Shown here: positions 29,042 through 39,693 of the stretch, piece after piece | How the letters are laid out: each line of letters starts with the position of its first letter | How positions within the stretch are numbered: position 1 is the first letter of the stretch | The notes under the pieces: model-generated | Databases searched by the model: none | What the model was told of the DNA's origin: nothing | The model's input: the letters and a program-made list of their open reading frames with translations, nothing else | From: an uncultured Pirellulaceae bacterium | GTDB taxonomy: Bacteria; Planctomycetota; Planctomycetia; Pirellulales; Pirellulaceae | Direction: 5' to 3' | Assembly: GCA_943788025.1 (NCBI GenBank) | Contig: CALSOR010000004.1 | Location: 735,231-799,230, forward strand | Length of the DNA: 64,000 bases | Made by a program: the position numbers and the translations under genes

Positions 29042-30523
29042 TTATTTCTTGGCCTCTATCGATATCCCGACGTTGGCAAGATGTCGTGGAACCCTAAAGC
29101 AATTGACCTGAATCACATCGATGTCGCTTATTCGTTCGACGACCTTTTCATTAACCAATTGCCAGGCTTCTATCATCAAATCGGAAGAATCAAACCGCTG
29201 CTTTGCGATTCTGTCCGATGCAAAAACCGGGTTGGGTTTTTCCACGACAAACGGAATCTTCAGTTTCTTCATCAACTGAATCATGGTTGCTGTTGCCGTC
29301 GGGGATGTGCTGCCATGTATTGCAATTTCAGCAAATGCAAAGTTTGAATTTACGGTCATTTTCAATCCGACCAAATTCTGAACAAGACCGTCAACCGGTT
29401 CGAGCGATTCCCAGTCAAATTCATTGGATGTCATCACCACGATCGGATCGTTCATCGAGTTAACAGTATTTTGTATGACCGAATCCCATTGGCTAACAAA
29501 CACGATCTCGCATGGTCGAACCGGTACTGCCTGATATGCCAATTGAATGTCCAACTCGTTTCGAATTAACATGGGAAGAATCGCACCGTACGGTTGATTC
29601 AATCCTAGAAATGCGACACTGTCGCACGAACGGCAATCCGTATCTCTTGAGACTCCAACGACCTTCGCAACGGCACGCTCGGCAAAAAAAAGCGATATCA
29701 ATGCATGGGCTTCGGGTGATGAATGTGCCTGCACGAATAAATCGTTCTCAATGGTCAGGCCGTCCTCAAATGACAACATCGCGGATTTGGCGACGGCGTC
29801 GATAGCCAAGCCGGAGCATGTCGCACCCTGAAATTTTTCCTGAGCAAGTTGTCGGATTTTTTGCAGCTTCGATTCTTCTTGACTCCCAAATGTCAGCTTC
29901 TCTACTTGATCACATGTCCGTCGAGGACCCAAATTCGAAATCTGGAGCGCGTATTCGATCGCCTCAGCAATCAAATCCGACTCAGCGAGCCGATCCACGA
30001 TTCCAAATTCATGAGCTTCCTCCGCGGTAATCGAGTCACCAAATGCGCAAAGCTCCGCGGCTTTTACAATTCCGCATAACCTCGGCAAACGCTGAGTACC
30101 GCCAGCACCAGGGATCAAACCAAGCTTCACCTCTGGCTGACCTAACAGGGAGGCCTTTAGAGCAATTCGATAATGACAGGACATGGCCAACTCCAAACCA
30201 CCACCCAGCGTTGTTCCAAACATAGCGCAAACAACCGGTTTCTTGCATTGCTCAATCCGATTGGTGACATCGTAAAGACCAGCACCCAAATGACATATTC
30301 GCTCATGGCTCATCTGTTCGAATTTTCGAACATCTGCCCCAGCCACAAACGTCCGGCCGCGAGCCGTCAACACAACAACGCGAATTACCGGATCACTTTC
30401 TAACGTTTCGATCGCCTCAATGATTCCGCTTGCTACCGATTCAGAAATAGCGTTTACCGGCGGATTATCAACATAAATCAAACCGACTTGAACTTGTTTT
30501 TCAATAGAGATCGCCATTTTCAA
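29042..30523 (-). CDS. Enoyl-CoA hydratase/isomerase (crotonase) fused to a degenerate 3-hydroxyacyl-CoA dehydrogenase-like region (truncated FadB/FadJ-like)
   Basis: N-terminal crotonase motifs VDNPPVNAIS, FVAGADV and GGGLELAMSCHYR. The C-terminal half is FadB-like, but the Rossmann GxGxxG position reads VAFLGLNQPYG. Confidence 0.8.
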   Translation of the reverse strand: MKMAISIEKQVQVGLIYVDNPPVNAISESVASGIIEAIETLESDPVIRVVVLTARGRTFVAGADVRKFEQMSHERICHLGAGLYDVTNRIEQCKKPVVCAMFGTTLGGGLELAMSCHYRIALKASLLGQPEVKLGLIPGAGGTQRLPRLCGIVKAAELCAFGDSITAEEAHEFGIVDRLAESDLIAEAIEYALQISNLGPRRTCDQVEKLTFGSQEESKLQKIRQLAQEKFQGATCSGLAIDAVAKSAMLSFEDGLTIENDLFVQAHSSPEAHALISLFFAERAVAKVVGVSRDTDCRSCDSVAFLGLNQPYGAILPMLIRNELDIQLAYQAVPVRPCEIVFVSQWDSVIQNTVNSMNDPIVVMTSNEFDWESLEPVDGLVQNLVGLKMTVNSNFAFAEIAIHGSTSPTATATMIQLMKKLKIPFVVEKPNPVFASDRIAKQRFDSSDLMIEAWQLVNEKVVERISDIDVIQVNCFRVPRHLANVGISIEAKK

Positions 30524-30526
30524 ATA

Positions 30527-32185
30527 TCACAATTTGGATGAAGTGGACCCTGCAATCGCCTTGGAACGCAGTAACTTTTTGGAAATCTTTCCCGTCGAGC
30601 CCTTCGGAAGCGATTCGATTATCTCAACGATTCGGGGCCATTTGTAGGCGGCTAGTTTTTCTTTGCAAAACGCTTGTACAGATTCGACTATGGCTGTGCG
30701 ATCGTCGCAAACATCCATAAATCGAACATTGCTCCCATTGATGCGATCTGGACGCAATGAAACGACCGCCTTGACCTCCTCACCCAGTCGATCATCAGCG
30801 ACGCCAACGACCGCAACCTCACGAATAAATGGGAGCAGACTTAAAATCGACTCGACCTCACGCGGGTAAACTTTGTACCCCCCCCGGATGATCACTTCTT
30901 TTTTGCGATCAACAATGTGCAGCTCACCATCTTCATCGACAAGTGCAATATCGCCCGTCCGAAGCCAACCATCGAAAAGCACTGCCTCGGTATCTTTGTG
31001 CCGCTTGTAATAACCCTTGAATACGTTTGGACCTCGGACCAGCAGCTCCCCACGTTTCCCGTGCGGCAATTCGCTTCCATCATCATCTACAACTTTAATC
31101 GACACGTCTTCCAACGGCATACCGACGGACCCACATTTTAGCGTTTGATCGATTCGCTGAAAGCTTGTCATCGGCGAGGTTTCAGTCAATCCATAACTTT
31201 CCTGTACCGCAACGCCGAAAAACGACTCAAATTCAGTTTTCACTTTCTTTTCAATCGCAGCTCCACCGCAAACGCAGTAAAGCAATGATGATTTCAGCGG
31301 CTTTTCAATAGCCTTGGCCGCCTCTACAAGTTCAAAAAACATCGTCGGAACGCCTGGTAGAAAAGTAATCTTGTCCCGAACGATTTGTTGAATGATTTCC
31401 ATCGATTGAAAACGTCGCGCATAAGAAATCGCGGCACCGTGGACCCAACAACCGTTTTGCAAATTGGTTTGGCCGAATACATGTGACAATGGTAAAACCG
31501 CCAAGCCAACGTCGCCGGGTGCCAGCCAGTTGGTCTGGCCTGCACAACTGAATTTTTTCTCGCTAACGTAGATCGCGTTATGCAGCAGGTTTCCGTGAGT
31601 CAGTTCCGCCCCTTTGGGAACCCCAGTGGTTCCACTTGTATATAAAATCACGGCGGTCTGCTCATGAAAATCAACAGAATCAAATGCCCCAATTTCGAAT
31701 TTCAAATTCGAACCTGATTGCGATTCGATCCTCCCGCAAACATCAATTGATTCTCTTTTGGCCGACCCAAACAACGGATCGGAGGGGGTCGTGATTAGCC
31801 GGCAATTGCGAACCTGTTCACAAACGCGGATTCCTGTGTCACGCATTTCTTCACAAACAACAAGCAGCGTCGATTCGCTATCAGTGACCTGGAAGACGAC
31901 TTCATCAACGGATAGCAACGGATTGATCGGAACGACCACAGAATCGGACAGTAATGCTGCGAAGTAATAAACCGAAAACGCGGGACAGTTGGGAAGCAGC
32001 AAAGCAACCTTGCGTTTGGGTTCCATGCCAGATGAAAGCATACGACGTCCAGCTACTTCAGTGGCTTTGGCAACCTCACCAAAAGTGTAATCCCGACCTG
32101 ACCAAAGAATTGCTTTTTCATCGGCAAAATTCTCGCTGGCATTCGTCAAGATTTGCCCAACGTGATTAAGAGTTCCTGTTTCCAT
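30527..32185 (-). CDS. Long-chain fatty acid-CoA ligase / AMP-dependent synthetase
   Basis: AMP-binding signature ILYTSGTTGVPKGAELTH, plus YGLTE, TGD and GKISKK motifs. Its stop is 3 nt from the start of the crotonase gene, suggesting an operon. Confidence 0.9.
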   Translation of the reverse strand: METGTLNHVGQILTNASENFADEKAILWSGRDYTFGEVAKATEVAGRRMLSSGMEPKRKVALLLPNCPAFSVYYFAALLSDSVVVPINPLLSVDEVVFQVTDSESTLLVVCEEMRDTGIRVCEQVRNCRLITTPSDPLFGSAKRESIDVCGRIESQSGSNLKFEIGAFDSVDFHEQTAVILYTSGTTGVPKGAELTHGNLLHNAIYVSEKKFSCAGQTNWLAPGDVGLAVLPLSHVFGQTNLQNGCWVHGAAISYARRFQSMEIIQQIVRDKITFLPGVPTMFFELVEAAKAIEKPLKSSLLYCVCGGAAIEKKVKTEFESFFGVAVQESYGLTETSPMTSFQRIDQTLKCGSVGMPLEDVSIKVVDDDGSELPHGKRGELLVRGPNVFKGYYKRHKDTEAVLFDGWLRTGDIALVDEDGELHIVDRKKEVIIRGGYKVYPREVESILSLLPFIREVAVVGVADDRLGEEVKAVVSLRPDRINGSNVRFMDVCDDRTAIVESVQAFCKEKLAAYKWPRIVEIIESLPKGSTGKISKKLLRSKAIAGSTSSKL

Positions 32186-32452
32186 AACCAGATTTTAACG
32201 TGAATACAACCAAACTGTATGGGATCGAGGTAGCAGTTGATGCTGGCAGTGGAGCCAGCTCGCATTTTTTTGTTTATCATGTAACGTTTGACGGCAGTCA
32301 GGAACAACAATTCGCCGGTGTCGTCATCGGACCGTTGCTCCACAAACTGCACAGCTAAACCATTTCACTCGTCTGCAATTTCTTTCCGTTTCCCACAAAA
32401 ATGCGAAACTGTGCAATGCGCTAATTTTTCTTATTCTCTGCAACAAACAAAC

Positions 32453-33604
32453 ATGGTCTCATTTAGCAGAAACAATATCTGCGTTTCGTCTACACATCGA
32501 CCTGATCCTATCTCGTTTGAATTATTTAGTTGTGGACCATTGAATGCGATACACGCCGTGGTGTATTTCCTCGCCGTAATGGTCGGTCTGGAGGTTGGAA
32601 TAATCAACGCCACGGATGACATTGACCTGCTGATCAAAAAGCTGAAATCAACCGCTCCCGCCGAGGAACGGGTGACTGCAGCGCGAACCCTGATCGAACG
32701 CTCATCTGAAAAAGTGGTGTTGAAGTTACTTCCCGTTATTGACGTGCTGACTGCCGACGAAAACGAAGACGTTCGATTCGAGTGTATACTTTTGAAGCTG
32801 TTTCTTTTAAAAAATCACCAACGAGAGTGCCCTCTGGAAGTTTTTCAGTGGATAAAGGACCCCTCTGAGAAGATTCGTATTAACGTAAGTTTGATGATGC
32901 AAGTCTTCGAGAATTTCCCTGAAGGGTTTCTAGAGGAACTGTTGGTGTTTTTCGACAGCTTGAATCTGGATGCGCAGGCCGATTACCTTGTATTTCTGGT
33001 GGAGGTTGGCGGCAAAGAAAAACGAGTGCAACAACGACTAATCACCGCTATACGCAGCAAACATGCGGGCCAAAGATTCAATGGCACGGTGGCAATCTGG
33101 AAGGCCACTCGCGACGTCCAACTTATACTGCCAATTTACCTACAACGGGTAAGCGACATTGAATTACTAGTGGACTTCATCGCACAAAAGGAACCGATAA
33201 AGCAGTTCCCTTTAACCGGTAAGCTTGCTGTGACACGAGTTACACTGGGCTACGCTGGTCTTGGAATGACTCTTCACAACCTGATGGTGAATCATAAAAC
33301 GAAGTTAATTCACTCAATTCATTCTGTTATTGACATGGGTGATGCACAGCAAAAACTGCGATTAATTCGTTATATTCAACTTGGATTAGCGATCGGCGCA
33401 AAAGAAAAACGCGAGAAAACGCTGGGATTCAAAATCGCAGAGATGACACCCCTGTTGCCATCGCTAAAAAAGCTATCTGCCGACACAAACAGCGAAATCT
33501 CGGATTTGGCAAACGATGTGGTTCACGATATTGAGGTCAACGACGACAACCGGTTTTTGACGTTTTTGAAGCGATACGAAAATCCTCGCGGCGACACTCG
33601 GTGA
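32453..33604 (+). CDS. HEAT/armadillo-like repeat protein of unknown function
   Basis: ORF 32288..33604 with helical repeat character. ATG 32453 (MVSFSRNN) is preferred because the upstream part overlaps the divergent promoter gap. A possible TM helix is AVVYFLAVMVGLEVGII. Confidence 0.55.
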   Translation: MVSFSRNNICVSSTHRPDPISFELFSCGPLNAIHAVVYFLAVMVGLEVGIINATDDIDLLIKKLKSTAPAEERVTAARTLIERSSEKVVLKLLPVIDVLTADENEDVRFECILLKLFLLKNHQRECPLEVFQWIKDPSEKIRINVSLMMQVFENFPEGFLEELLVFFDSLNLDAQADYLVFLVEVGGKEKRVQQRLITAIRSKHAGQRFNGTVAIWKATRDVQLILPIYLQRVSDIELLVDFIAQKEPIKQFPLTGKLAVTRVTLGYAGLGMTLHNLMVNHKTKLIHSIHSVIDMGDAQQKLRLIRYIQLGLAIGAKEKREKTLGFKIAEMTPLLPSLKKLSADTNSEISDLANDVVHDIEVNDDNRFLTFLKRYENPRGDTR

Positions 33605-33679
33605 TTTACAATTGATGTGAGGAAGATTACCGAACGGCAATCCCCAACTTTCAAATCCTTATTTATTCATGGCAACGAA

Positions 33680-34498
33680 ATGTCTCCCAAAACCTATTAT
33701 GTTTCCCTCGCGTTCCTTTCCCTCATTGCTTCTCATGGGCTCGGACAGTCAGCAACCGACGTGCTGGCAACGCGTGAGAATTTCTCCGTAGCCAAGCGCC
33801 CCGCGTTCGTAATGATGCCACCGAACGTAAAACGCGGTACACCGACGCCTTGGGTTTGGTATGCGCCGACGTTGGGCAAGGGTCTTCCTGGTAACGCCGA
33901 AAAGTGGATGTTCGAGCAATTTCACCGCAATGGAATTGCAATCGCCGGAATCGACGTTGGTGAATCATACGGCAGCCCAAATGGACGGAAACTTTACGAT
34001 GAACTCTACTCAGAATTGACAGAGAACCGAGGCTTCAGCAAAAAACCGGTACTGCTTGCCCGGAGCCGTGGTGGCTTGATGCTTTACAGCTGGGCTGCCG
34101 AACACCCTAACCGTGTTGGCGGAGTCGCCGGAATCTATCCAGTTTGCAATCTTGAAAGTTATCCGGGCTTGAAAAGAGCTGCCGCGGCATTTGAATTGTC
34201 ATCGGATGAACTTAAGATACAACTCGCAAAGCACAACCCAATCGATCGCTTGGAATCCCTTGCAAAAGCAAACGTCCCGATACTACACATCCATGGCGAC
34301 AACGACAAAGTGGTGCCGTTGAAATCCAACTCAGGGGAACTGGAAACACGATACAAAGCGTTCGGGGGACCGGTAGAAATCCAAGTCGTTAAAGGACAGG
34401 GACACAACATGTGGAGGGGATGGTTTGAATCACAAAAGCTTACAGACTTTATTATTAAGCATGCACGCAAGACCGGAAAAGCAGATTCGAATCAGTAG
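33680..34498 (+). CDS. Secreted alpha/beta hydrolase (dienelactone hydrolase / S9-like)
   Basis: Signal peptide MSPKTYYVSLAFLSLIASHGLGQSA from ATG 33680. Nucleophile elbow LARSRGGLMLYSW, Asp in HIHGDNDKVVP, His in GQGHNMW. Confidence 0.75.
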   Translation: MSPKTYYVSLAFLSLIASHGLGQSATDVLATRENFSVAKRPAFVMMPPNVKRGTPTPWVWYAPTLGKGLPGNAEKWMFEQFHRNGIAIAGIDVGESYGSPNGRKLYDELYSELTENRGFSKKPVLLARSRGGLMLYSWAAEHPNRVGGVAGIYPVCNLESYPGLKRAAAAFELSSDELKIQLAKHNPIDRLESLAKANVPILHIHGDNDKVVPLKSNSGELETRYKAFGGPVEIQVVKGQGHNMWRGWFESQKLTDFIIKHARKTGKADSNQ

Positions 34499-34680
34499 CA
34501 ACAACTGATGATGCAAGCACGATTTGATCTGGTACCAAGTTTCATTTAAACGACTTACCGACGTCGAGCGAATGAAACAGCGCTCAAATCGTCGTTTCAA
34601 TTGAAAACGAATCGAACCATAACCATAACCAAATCTTGCGGTCCACATTCGTCACTCTCATGTCTCTCCTGCCCAACGCA

Positions 34681-35742
34681 TCAAATGCCGCTTGCCTGCA
34701 ACACTGCCGCGTGCACGGCAACATCGTGCGTGGCTGACCATTCAAATTCCTTTTCACCATAAATTGCCGCTGCGAGATCGCGAAATTCACCATCGTATCT
34801 CCCATCGGACTTCGAAAGCTCGACCTGATTCACACCACGAACAAATTTGCCGTGTGGCTTCTCCAGTAACAACTCCAACTTCGGCGATTCCAATGGACGA
34901 ATATCTGCGACACCTTCGGTTCCAACGACGGTAAATTGCCGGCGTCGAAAGCCTTGTGGCTCATTCACACTTGAACGAATCGTCGCAGTACCTGATTCAA
35001 ATTCAAACACCGCCAACATATTATCCAACAGGTCGTCTTTCCCTTTGCGTGTAAATGGCGTGATCTTTTTTGGGATGCCAAATAGATAAATTAACGAATC
35101 AATCAGATGGCAGCCCAATTCATACATTGCTCCCCCTGGCTGTTTTGCCAGAGCAATGCGACTACCACTGCTGATCTTCTTGCTCATAACCCCATGCCCC
35201 TCAAACAATTCACCAAGCCAGCCATTTTTTGCTGCGTGGTAAACCAGCTCAAACCCTGCGTTGTATCGAAACATATATCCCATTTGCACGATGCGACTCT
35301 TACGCTCCGCCAACATTCGTGTTGATCGATATTCATCGTGTTCTGCGCCGCCAGGCTTGTCTAAATGGACGTGTTTATTGGCCTGAATGCATCGTGACGC
35401 AGTGGAGACCAAATTTGCGACCTCGGTTTCAACGGCCACCGCTGTGAGACCATCGTGATTAAGCAATTGATCTTCAGTCAACCATTTCAAATTGGCGTAA
35501 GTCTTATTGGTTTCGGCCTGTTTTCGCAATTTGGGATCTGTTTCCACCACGCCAACAACCTCGAACAATTCGGGCAATTTTCGAATTGCGGCCATCTTAC
35601 CGGCAGCATGTGGATGCCCAGTTCCAATCTGCCCAATCTTTATTTTCGGTTTGTCTTCCTTTGCTTTCAAAGAATGAGGTATCGCCAAAGAGGCAGCACC
35701 GCTCGTGGTTGTACACAGGAAATTTCGTCTGTTGGGATTCAT
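34681..35742 (-). CDS. Gfo/Idh/MocA-family oxidoreductase with a Tat signal
   Basis: MNPNRRNFLCTTTSGAASLAIPHSLKA (Tat-like) followed by the Rossmann motif IKIGQIGTGHPHAAGKM. ATG 35742 is preferred over the track start at 35760. Confidence 0.85.
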   Translation of the reverse strand: MNPNRRNFLCTTTSGAASLAIPHSLKAKEDKPKIKIGQIGTGHPHAAGKMAAIRKLPELFEVVGVVETDPKLRKQAETNKTYANLKWLTEDQLLNHDGLTAVAVETEVANLVSTASRCIQANKHVHLDKPGGAEHDEYRSTRMLAERKSRIVQMGYMFRYNAGFELVYHAAKNGWLGELFEGHGVMSKKISSGSRIALAKQPGGAMYELGCHLIDSLIYLFGIPKKITPFTRKGKDDLLDNMLAVFEFESGTATIRSSVNEPQGFRRRQFTVVGTEGVADIRPLESPKLELLLEKPHGKFVRGVNQVELSKSDGRYDGEFRDLAAAIYGEKEFEWSATHDVAVHAAVLQASGI

Positions 35743-36018
35743 GGTTGCCTTATGCCTCAAAACCGGTGGTCACACCTAGCGGATTATAGACCAGTGTCAC
35801 ATCTAATTCTTGGAACGCATTCGATTAAACAGGAGCGACTTACGTCTTCCTTTTATCGTTTAGATTTTGCGAATGACATCATTTGCGAGTGCATAAAAAA
35901 AGCATCGCGACAAATGTTGCGATGCCTTGTAGATGCCCGGGCTTACCAATGAGAGCCATCACCCTTTAACCAATCCATTCGTCCGACTCCCCGATACAAA
36001 ATCAAACGTTCTCTGCCG

Positions 36019-38406
36019 TTACTGTCCGCCTTGAAAAGTCCCGCCAGACCCCGGATTTAGATTCGTTGGCGGCAAAGTGTTCCCACTTCCAGCATTGCTA
36101 GGTGGTACAAATCCACTGCTCGATGGTGTTGATGGCACCTTCAATGACGGGCCGTTTTCTGCTGTCGGACTCGACGTTGTCGACGTGGCAGTCGGTGACG
36201 ACTGTCCAATCGGCTGCAAACTACCTGAATCCACTGATGGCGTATCAGAACTTGGCCGAGCAACGCGAGGCTTTGATTGGATTTCATCTCCAAAGAACTT
36301 GGTCGTGCCTTCCGAAACGCGACGGATGTCCTGTGCTTTGCATTCGACGATGGCACGGAAAGTATGCGTACCAGGTGCCTTGGCGTTAGCAACAACTTTC
36401 AAGATGACACTTTCACCAACGTTGATGATTCGAATTGGAGCGAACGTAATCACACCGTCACCTTTAATTGTTGCGGCCGCGCCTTTACCAGCAATCGGAT
36501 CGATATTGTCAGAGAATTCACCTGAAACCTGTATGTTGTTAGCGGCTTTAGTTCCACGATTCTTGATATGCAGTTCATAAACAATGTCACGTCCAACGGC
36601 CTGAGGGCCACGCGGATCAACAACCTCCAAGGTCAAGTCGGCGAGAGCTTCGACTTTGGTTGTAACAAAGTCAGCTGCCGTAAGCCCACCCACCGAGCGA
36701 ACACCAAACTCCATCCGTGCCTCACCCGCCTGATTAACCAAACAGGTTAGAGTGAATTCGCGTTTCGAATTAGCAGGAATTTCACCGATCGTCCAACCGA
36801 TTTTTCGACCATCGTTTTCTGTAACTTGTGTCAGACCGCTAATGTATTCGGCACCGACAGGAAGCAATGAAGCAGCTGTAATGTTCCTCGCTGGGGCGTC
36901 ACCTTTGTTTTCAACCGTAACGTTGTATGTTACGGCGCTCCCTGCATATTTAAATTCCGGCCCTTTCGCGATAAGGTCGAGCTTCGCTCGGCGAACAACG
37001 ATTTCTTTTGCGATTTCCGATTTCACACCGGCGTCACCAGTAACGAAAGCTTGTAACTTTAGCGGACCTGCCTGACCGGCCGTCAATTCAACTTCGAACT
37101 GTTTGGTTGCTCCTGCTTCAATATTTCCAACATTGGCGCTATCACCTCCCAAACTATCCGACAGCGACACAGCAACTTTTTCCGCGGCACCATTTCCACC
37201 ATTTTCAATCGTAATCTTATAAACGGCTTTTTCGCCGTACTTAACGTCGCTTGGTCCTGCGATACTGGTCATTAAATTTGGCTGCGTGACCAATACTTTT
37301 GCTTCGCTGGAAACCGGTGCTGTCGTCCATTCGGTCTTTAGATTGAATGCCCGATTTTCTTTTGGCATTAAGTCCAAAACAACGGATGAATCACGTCCAG
37401 CCGGCAAAAAAGAAACGGACCAGATCACGCCTTTGCCACCCTCAAATGTTTTAGCTTCCGCAACTCCGCCACTCGCGACAGGATTGCCAATGATCTCTAC
37501 CCAAGCAGGAATTTCGATACCAACCATGATTTCATTGGCGTCAATCGTTCCTAAATTTGCGATCTTGACTTCGTACTTTCCAGACTTATTCACAGAAAGT
37601 GATTTTGGCCCAATTGAAGTCACTTTTATTTGAGGGCTAAACTTTTGAGTTGTAAAGAGATTGGGTTGCACTGACTTTGAAGGCGGATTGGGACGGATGC
37701 TCGTATTTCGTGCCTCGGCTGTTCGGACTTGGTCAAACGTTGGCGTCGCAGCTCGGTTTTGCAAAGCATCTATTCTTGGGGCTGTCTTGTTTGCAGCACT
37801 GTTGTTGGAAGCCTTAGGAGGAGAAGGACTTTCAATTCTCGGTGAAGCAGTGCCGATTGGCGAAGGCGTCGAACCTTTCGGTTGAACGCTGTTGGTTCCG
37901 GTTTGTGTTTGAGTGGCCGATCCTGTGTTTGCTCCTCGTATGCTTCCAGGGGCAAATGAGCCACCGGATTGCACGCTTGATGACTGGACGGCAGCCGATT
38001 TTGTATTGGCAGGCGGAACAAATGAACTTGGTTGACCGATTGGTGCACCCGGCGAATTCGACGGAGTCCCGATTGGTACCGAAGGAATATTAAGCGGATC
38101 AATTTTTCGATTCTTTTCCGAACCGCCCTTCGTTTGCGTGGTCGTTTTCTTTTTTCCGGTCAAGATCGAAGGAATGTCCTGCTGTTTGGCCTCAGCGGGA
38201 CGATTCAAAGGTGGCAAAGTGTCCGTTCCACCAAGGAAACTTGCTGGCGTCACTTTGTTGTCTTTTGTGGAAAGTCGCGATAGCGGCGACTTATCCGACA
38301 TCCGAAATCCCGAGGCAGGCTGAACTATCGGCACATTTTGTGCCTGTAATTCCAAACCTGTAAACGAGCACAGGCAAACACTTAAAAAAAGACAAATTCG
38401 CATCAT
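36019..38406 (-). CDS. Large secreted protein with an S/T/P-rich region and DUF11 (conserved repeat domain) repeats
   Basis: 795 aa with a signal peptide and about 200 aa of low-complexity S/P/T/Q. Repeated modules follow the pattern ..YKITIENGGNGAAEKVAVSLS.., ..YNVTVENKGDAPARNITAASLLP.., ..YELHIKNRGTKAANNIQVSGEF.. Confidence 0.8.
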   Translation of the reverse strand: MMRICLFLSVCLCSFTGLELQAQNVPIVQPASGFRMSDKSPLSRLSTKDNKVTPASFLGGTDTLPPLNRPAEAKQQDIPSILTGKKKTTTQTKGGSEKNRKIDPLNIPSVPIGTPSNSPGAPIGQPSSFVPPANTKSAAVQSSSVQSGGSFAPGSIRGANTGSATQTQTGTNSVQPKGSTPSPIGTASPRIESPSPPKASNNSAANKTAPRIDALQNRAATPTFDQVRTAEARNTSIRPNPPSKSVQPNLFTTQKFSPQIKVTSIGPKSLSVNKSGKYEVKIANLGTIDANEIMVGIEIPAWVEIIGNPVASGGVAEAKTFEGGKGVIWSVSFLPAGRDSSVVLDLMPKENRAFNLKTEWTTAPVSSEAKVLVTQPNLMTSIAGPSDVKYGEKAVYKITIENGGNGAAEKVAVSLSDSLGGDSANVGNIEAGATKQFEVELTAGQAGPLKLQAFVTGDAGVKSEIAKEIVVRRAKLDLIAKGPEFKYAGSAVTYNVTVENKGDAPARNITAASLLPVGAEYISGLTQVTENDGRKIGWTIGEIPANSKREFTLTCLVNQAGEARMEFGVRSVGGLTAADFVTTKVEALADLTLEVVDPRGPQAVGRDIVYELHIKNRGTKAANNIQVSGEFSDNIDPIAGKGAAATIKGDGVITFAPIRIINVGESVILKVVANAKAPGTHTFRAIVECKAQDIRRVSEGTTKFFGDEIQSKPRVARPSSDTPSVDSGSLQPIGQSSPTATSTTSSPTAENGPSLKVPSTPSSSGFVPPSNAGSGNTLPPTNLNPGSGGTFQGGQ

Positions 38407-38662
38407 TATTCCTTTGTATTGGCGAATCCAAACGTACGCTTATGAAAATGTATCGACCATACCGACCAGGTAGTTTAGGGAGATTTTGCGGATTATTCTG
38501 AAATCGAATAAATCCGAATTCATCCGTTCCCATCCAACCAGGAATCTTTCAAATCGCCAAACCAACGGACGGTTTGCAAAGTCTTCATCAGAATGATATT
38601 CACGATTCTGGTTAAACGCTGTAAATTCCCAGCTTTCCGAAAGCTTCAATTTACGCCAAATT

Positions 38663-39472
38663 ATGAGTGAATCGTTTATTCAATATTCATTGCCAACACA
38701 AGCCCAAATGGCACGACGGTTGCTCGTCGCTGGGTTGATCCTGCTAATCGGAACACCGATTTGTTTCTCTGTCGATTTAATAATCGCGCGCACCGTCAAT
38801 TACAAAATCTTGCCGGGTGACCTCAGAACCATTTTTGCCTGCTCCGAAGCATTCTCACACTTGTACGGCGTGACGCTGATTCTGTTGGCCATTTGGTTTT
38901 CAGCTCCCCATTTGCGAGAAAAGCTGAAAGCGATTGTGATGATGTTAGTCTCAACAGGCATCGTCGTGTCAATTGCCAAGAATTCGGTTCTAAGAATTCG
39001 ACCAAGACAGAATGCAGCAATCGAGTTAGAGTCGGTTTGGGATTCGTTTGAAGGTATCAGTCCATTGCTAACTCAATTTGACTTTTCAAAGTTTGGTGAA
39101 AGCACTTTGCAATCCTATCCATCGGGGCACACGGCAATGGCATTTGTTCTGGCGATTGGCTTAACGCTGACCCTCCCTAAAAGTCGCGGGTTCTTCTTTT
39201 TGTTTGCCATCTTGGCGTCTGGACAACGAATTGCCTTCTCGGCGCATTTCCTAAGCGATGTTTTTGCTGGCGCTTCGTTTGCATTGATCAGTTCGGCAAT
39301 CTTTGTATCAACGAGTTATGCTGGAACAGTTTTCTTTACCGAGCCGCAGACATTTCAAGTCGTTGAGCCGGAACTGAAAACCAGTGACGAAAACATAAAC
39401 ATCGATGAAGCCGAATCGGATTGGCCGCTGGAAGCATTGCTAGAACAAACGAGGAGAACGGACGCAGCGTGA
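38663..39472 (+). CDS. PAP2-family phosphatase (membrane)
   Basis: The three PAP2 motifs are present: KNSVLRIRPRQ, PSGHTA and SAHFLSDV. Multiple TM helices. Confidence 0.85.
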   Translation: MSESFIQYSLPTQAQMARRLLVAGLILLIGTPICFSVDLIIARTVNYKILPGDLRTIFACSEAFSHLYGVTLILLAIWFSAPHLREKLKAIVMMLVSTGIVVSIAKNSVLRIRPRQNAAIELESVWDSFEGISPLLTQFDFSKFGESTLQSYPSGHTAMAFVLAIGLTLTLPKSRGFFFLFAILASGQRIAFSAHFLSDVFAGASFALISSAIFVSTSYAGTVFFTEPQTFQVVEPELKTSDENINIDEAESDWPLEALLEQTRRTDAA

Positions 39473-39604
39473 CCATTCGGTCGCCGTTTTATTACGGGAA
39501 TGAACGATTTGAAGATTCGCCCTACCGCTAGTTCACCAAAACATCCGACAGCCCATTGGCTTGGATATCATTTTTCTGAACGCAACTGGGAACTGTGACG
39601 CAAT

Positions 39605-39693
39605 CAACGACACCGGAAATCAACGACACCGGAAACCAACGACACCGGAAACCAACGACACCGGAAACCAACGACACCGGAAATAAACGACAG
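39605..39693. repeat. 16-bp tandem repeat array, about 5.5 copies (caacgacaccggaaaY)
   Basis: Copies begin at 39605, 39621, 39637, 39653 and 39669, with a partial copy at 39685. Only the 16th base varies (t,c,c,c,t). The array lies in the convergent gap between the PAP2 stop (39472) and the TPR gene stop (39828). Confidence 0.95.
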
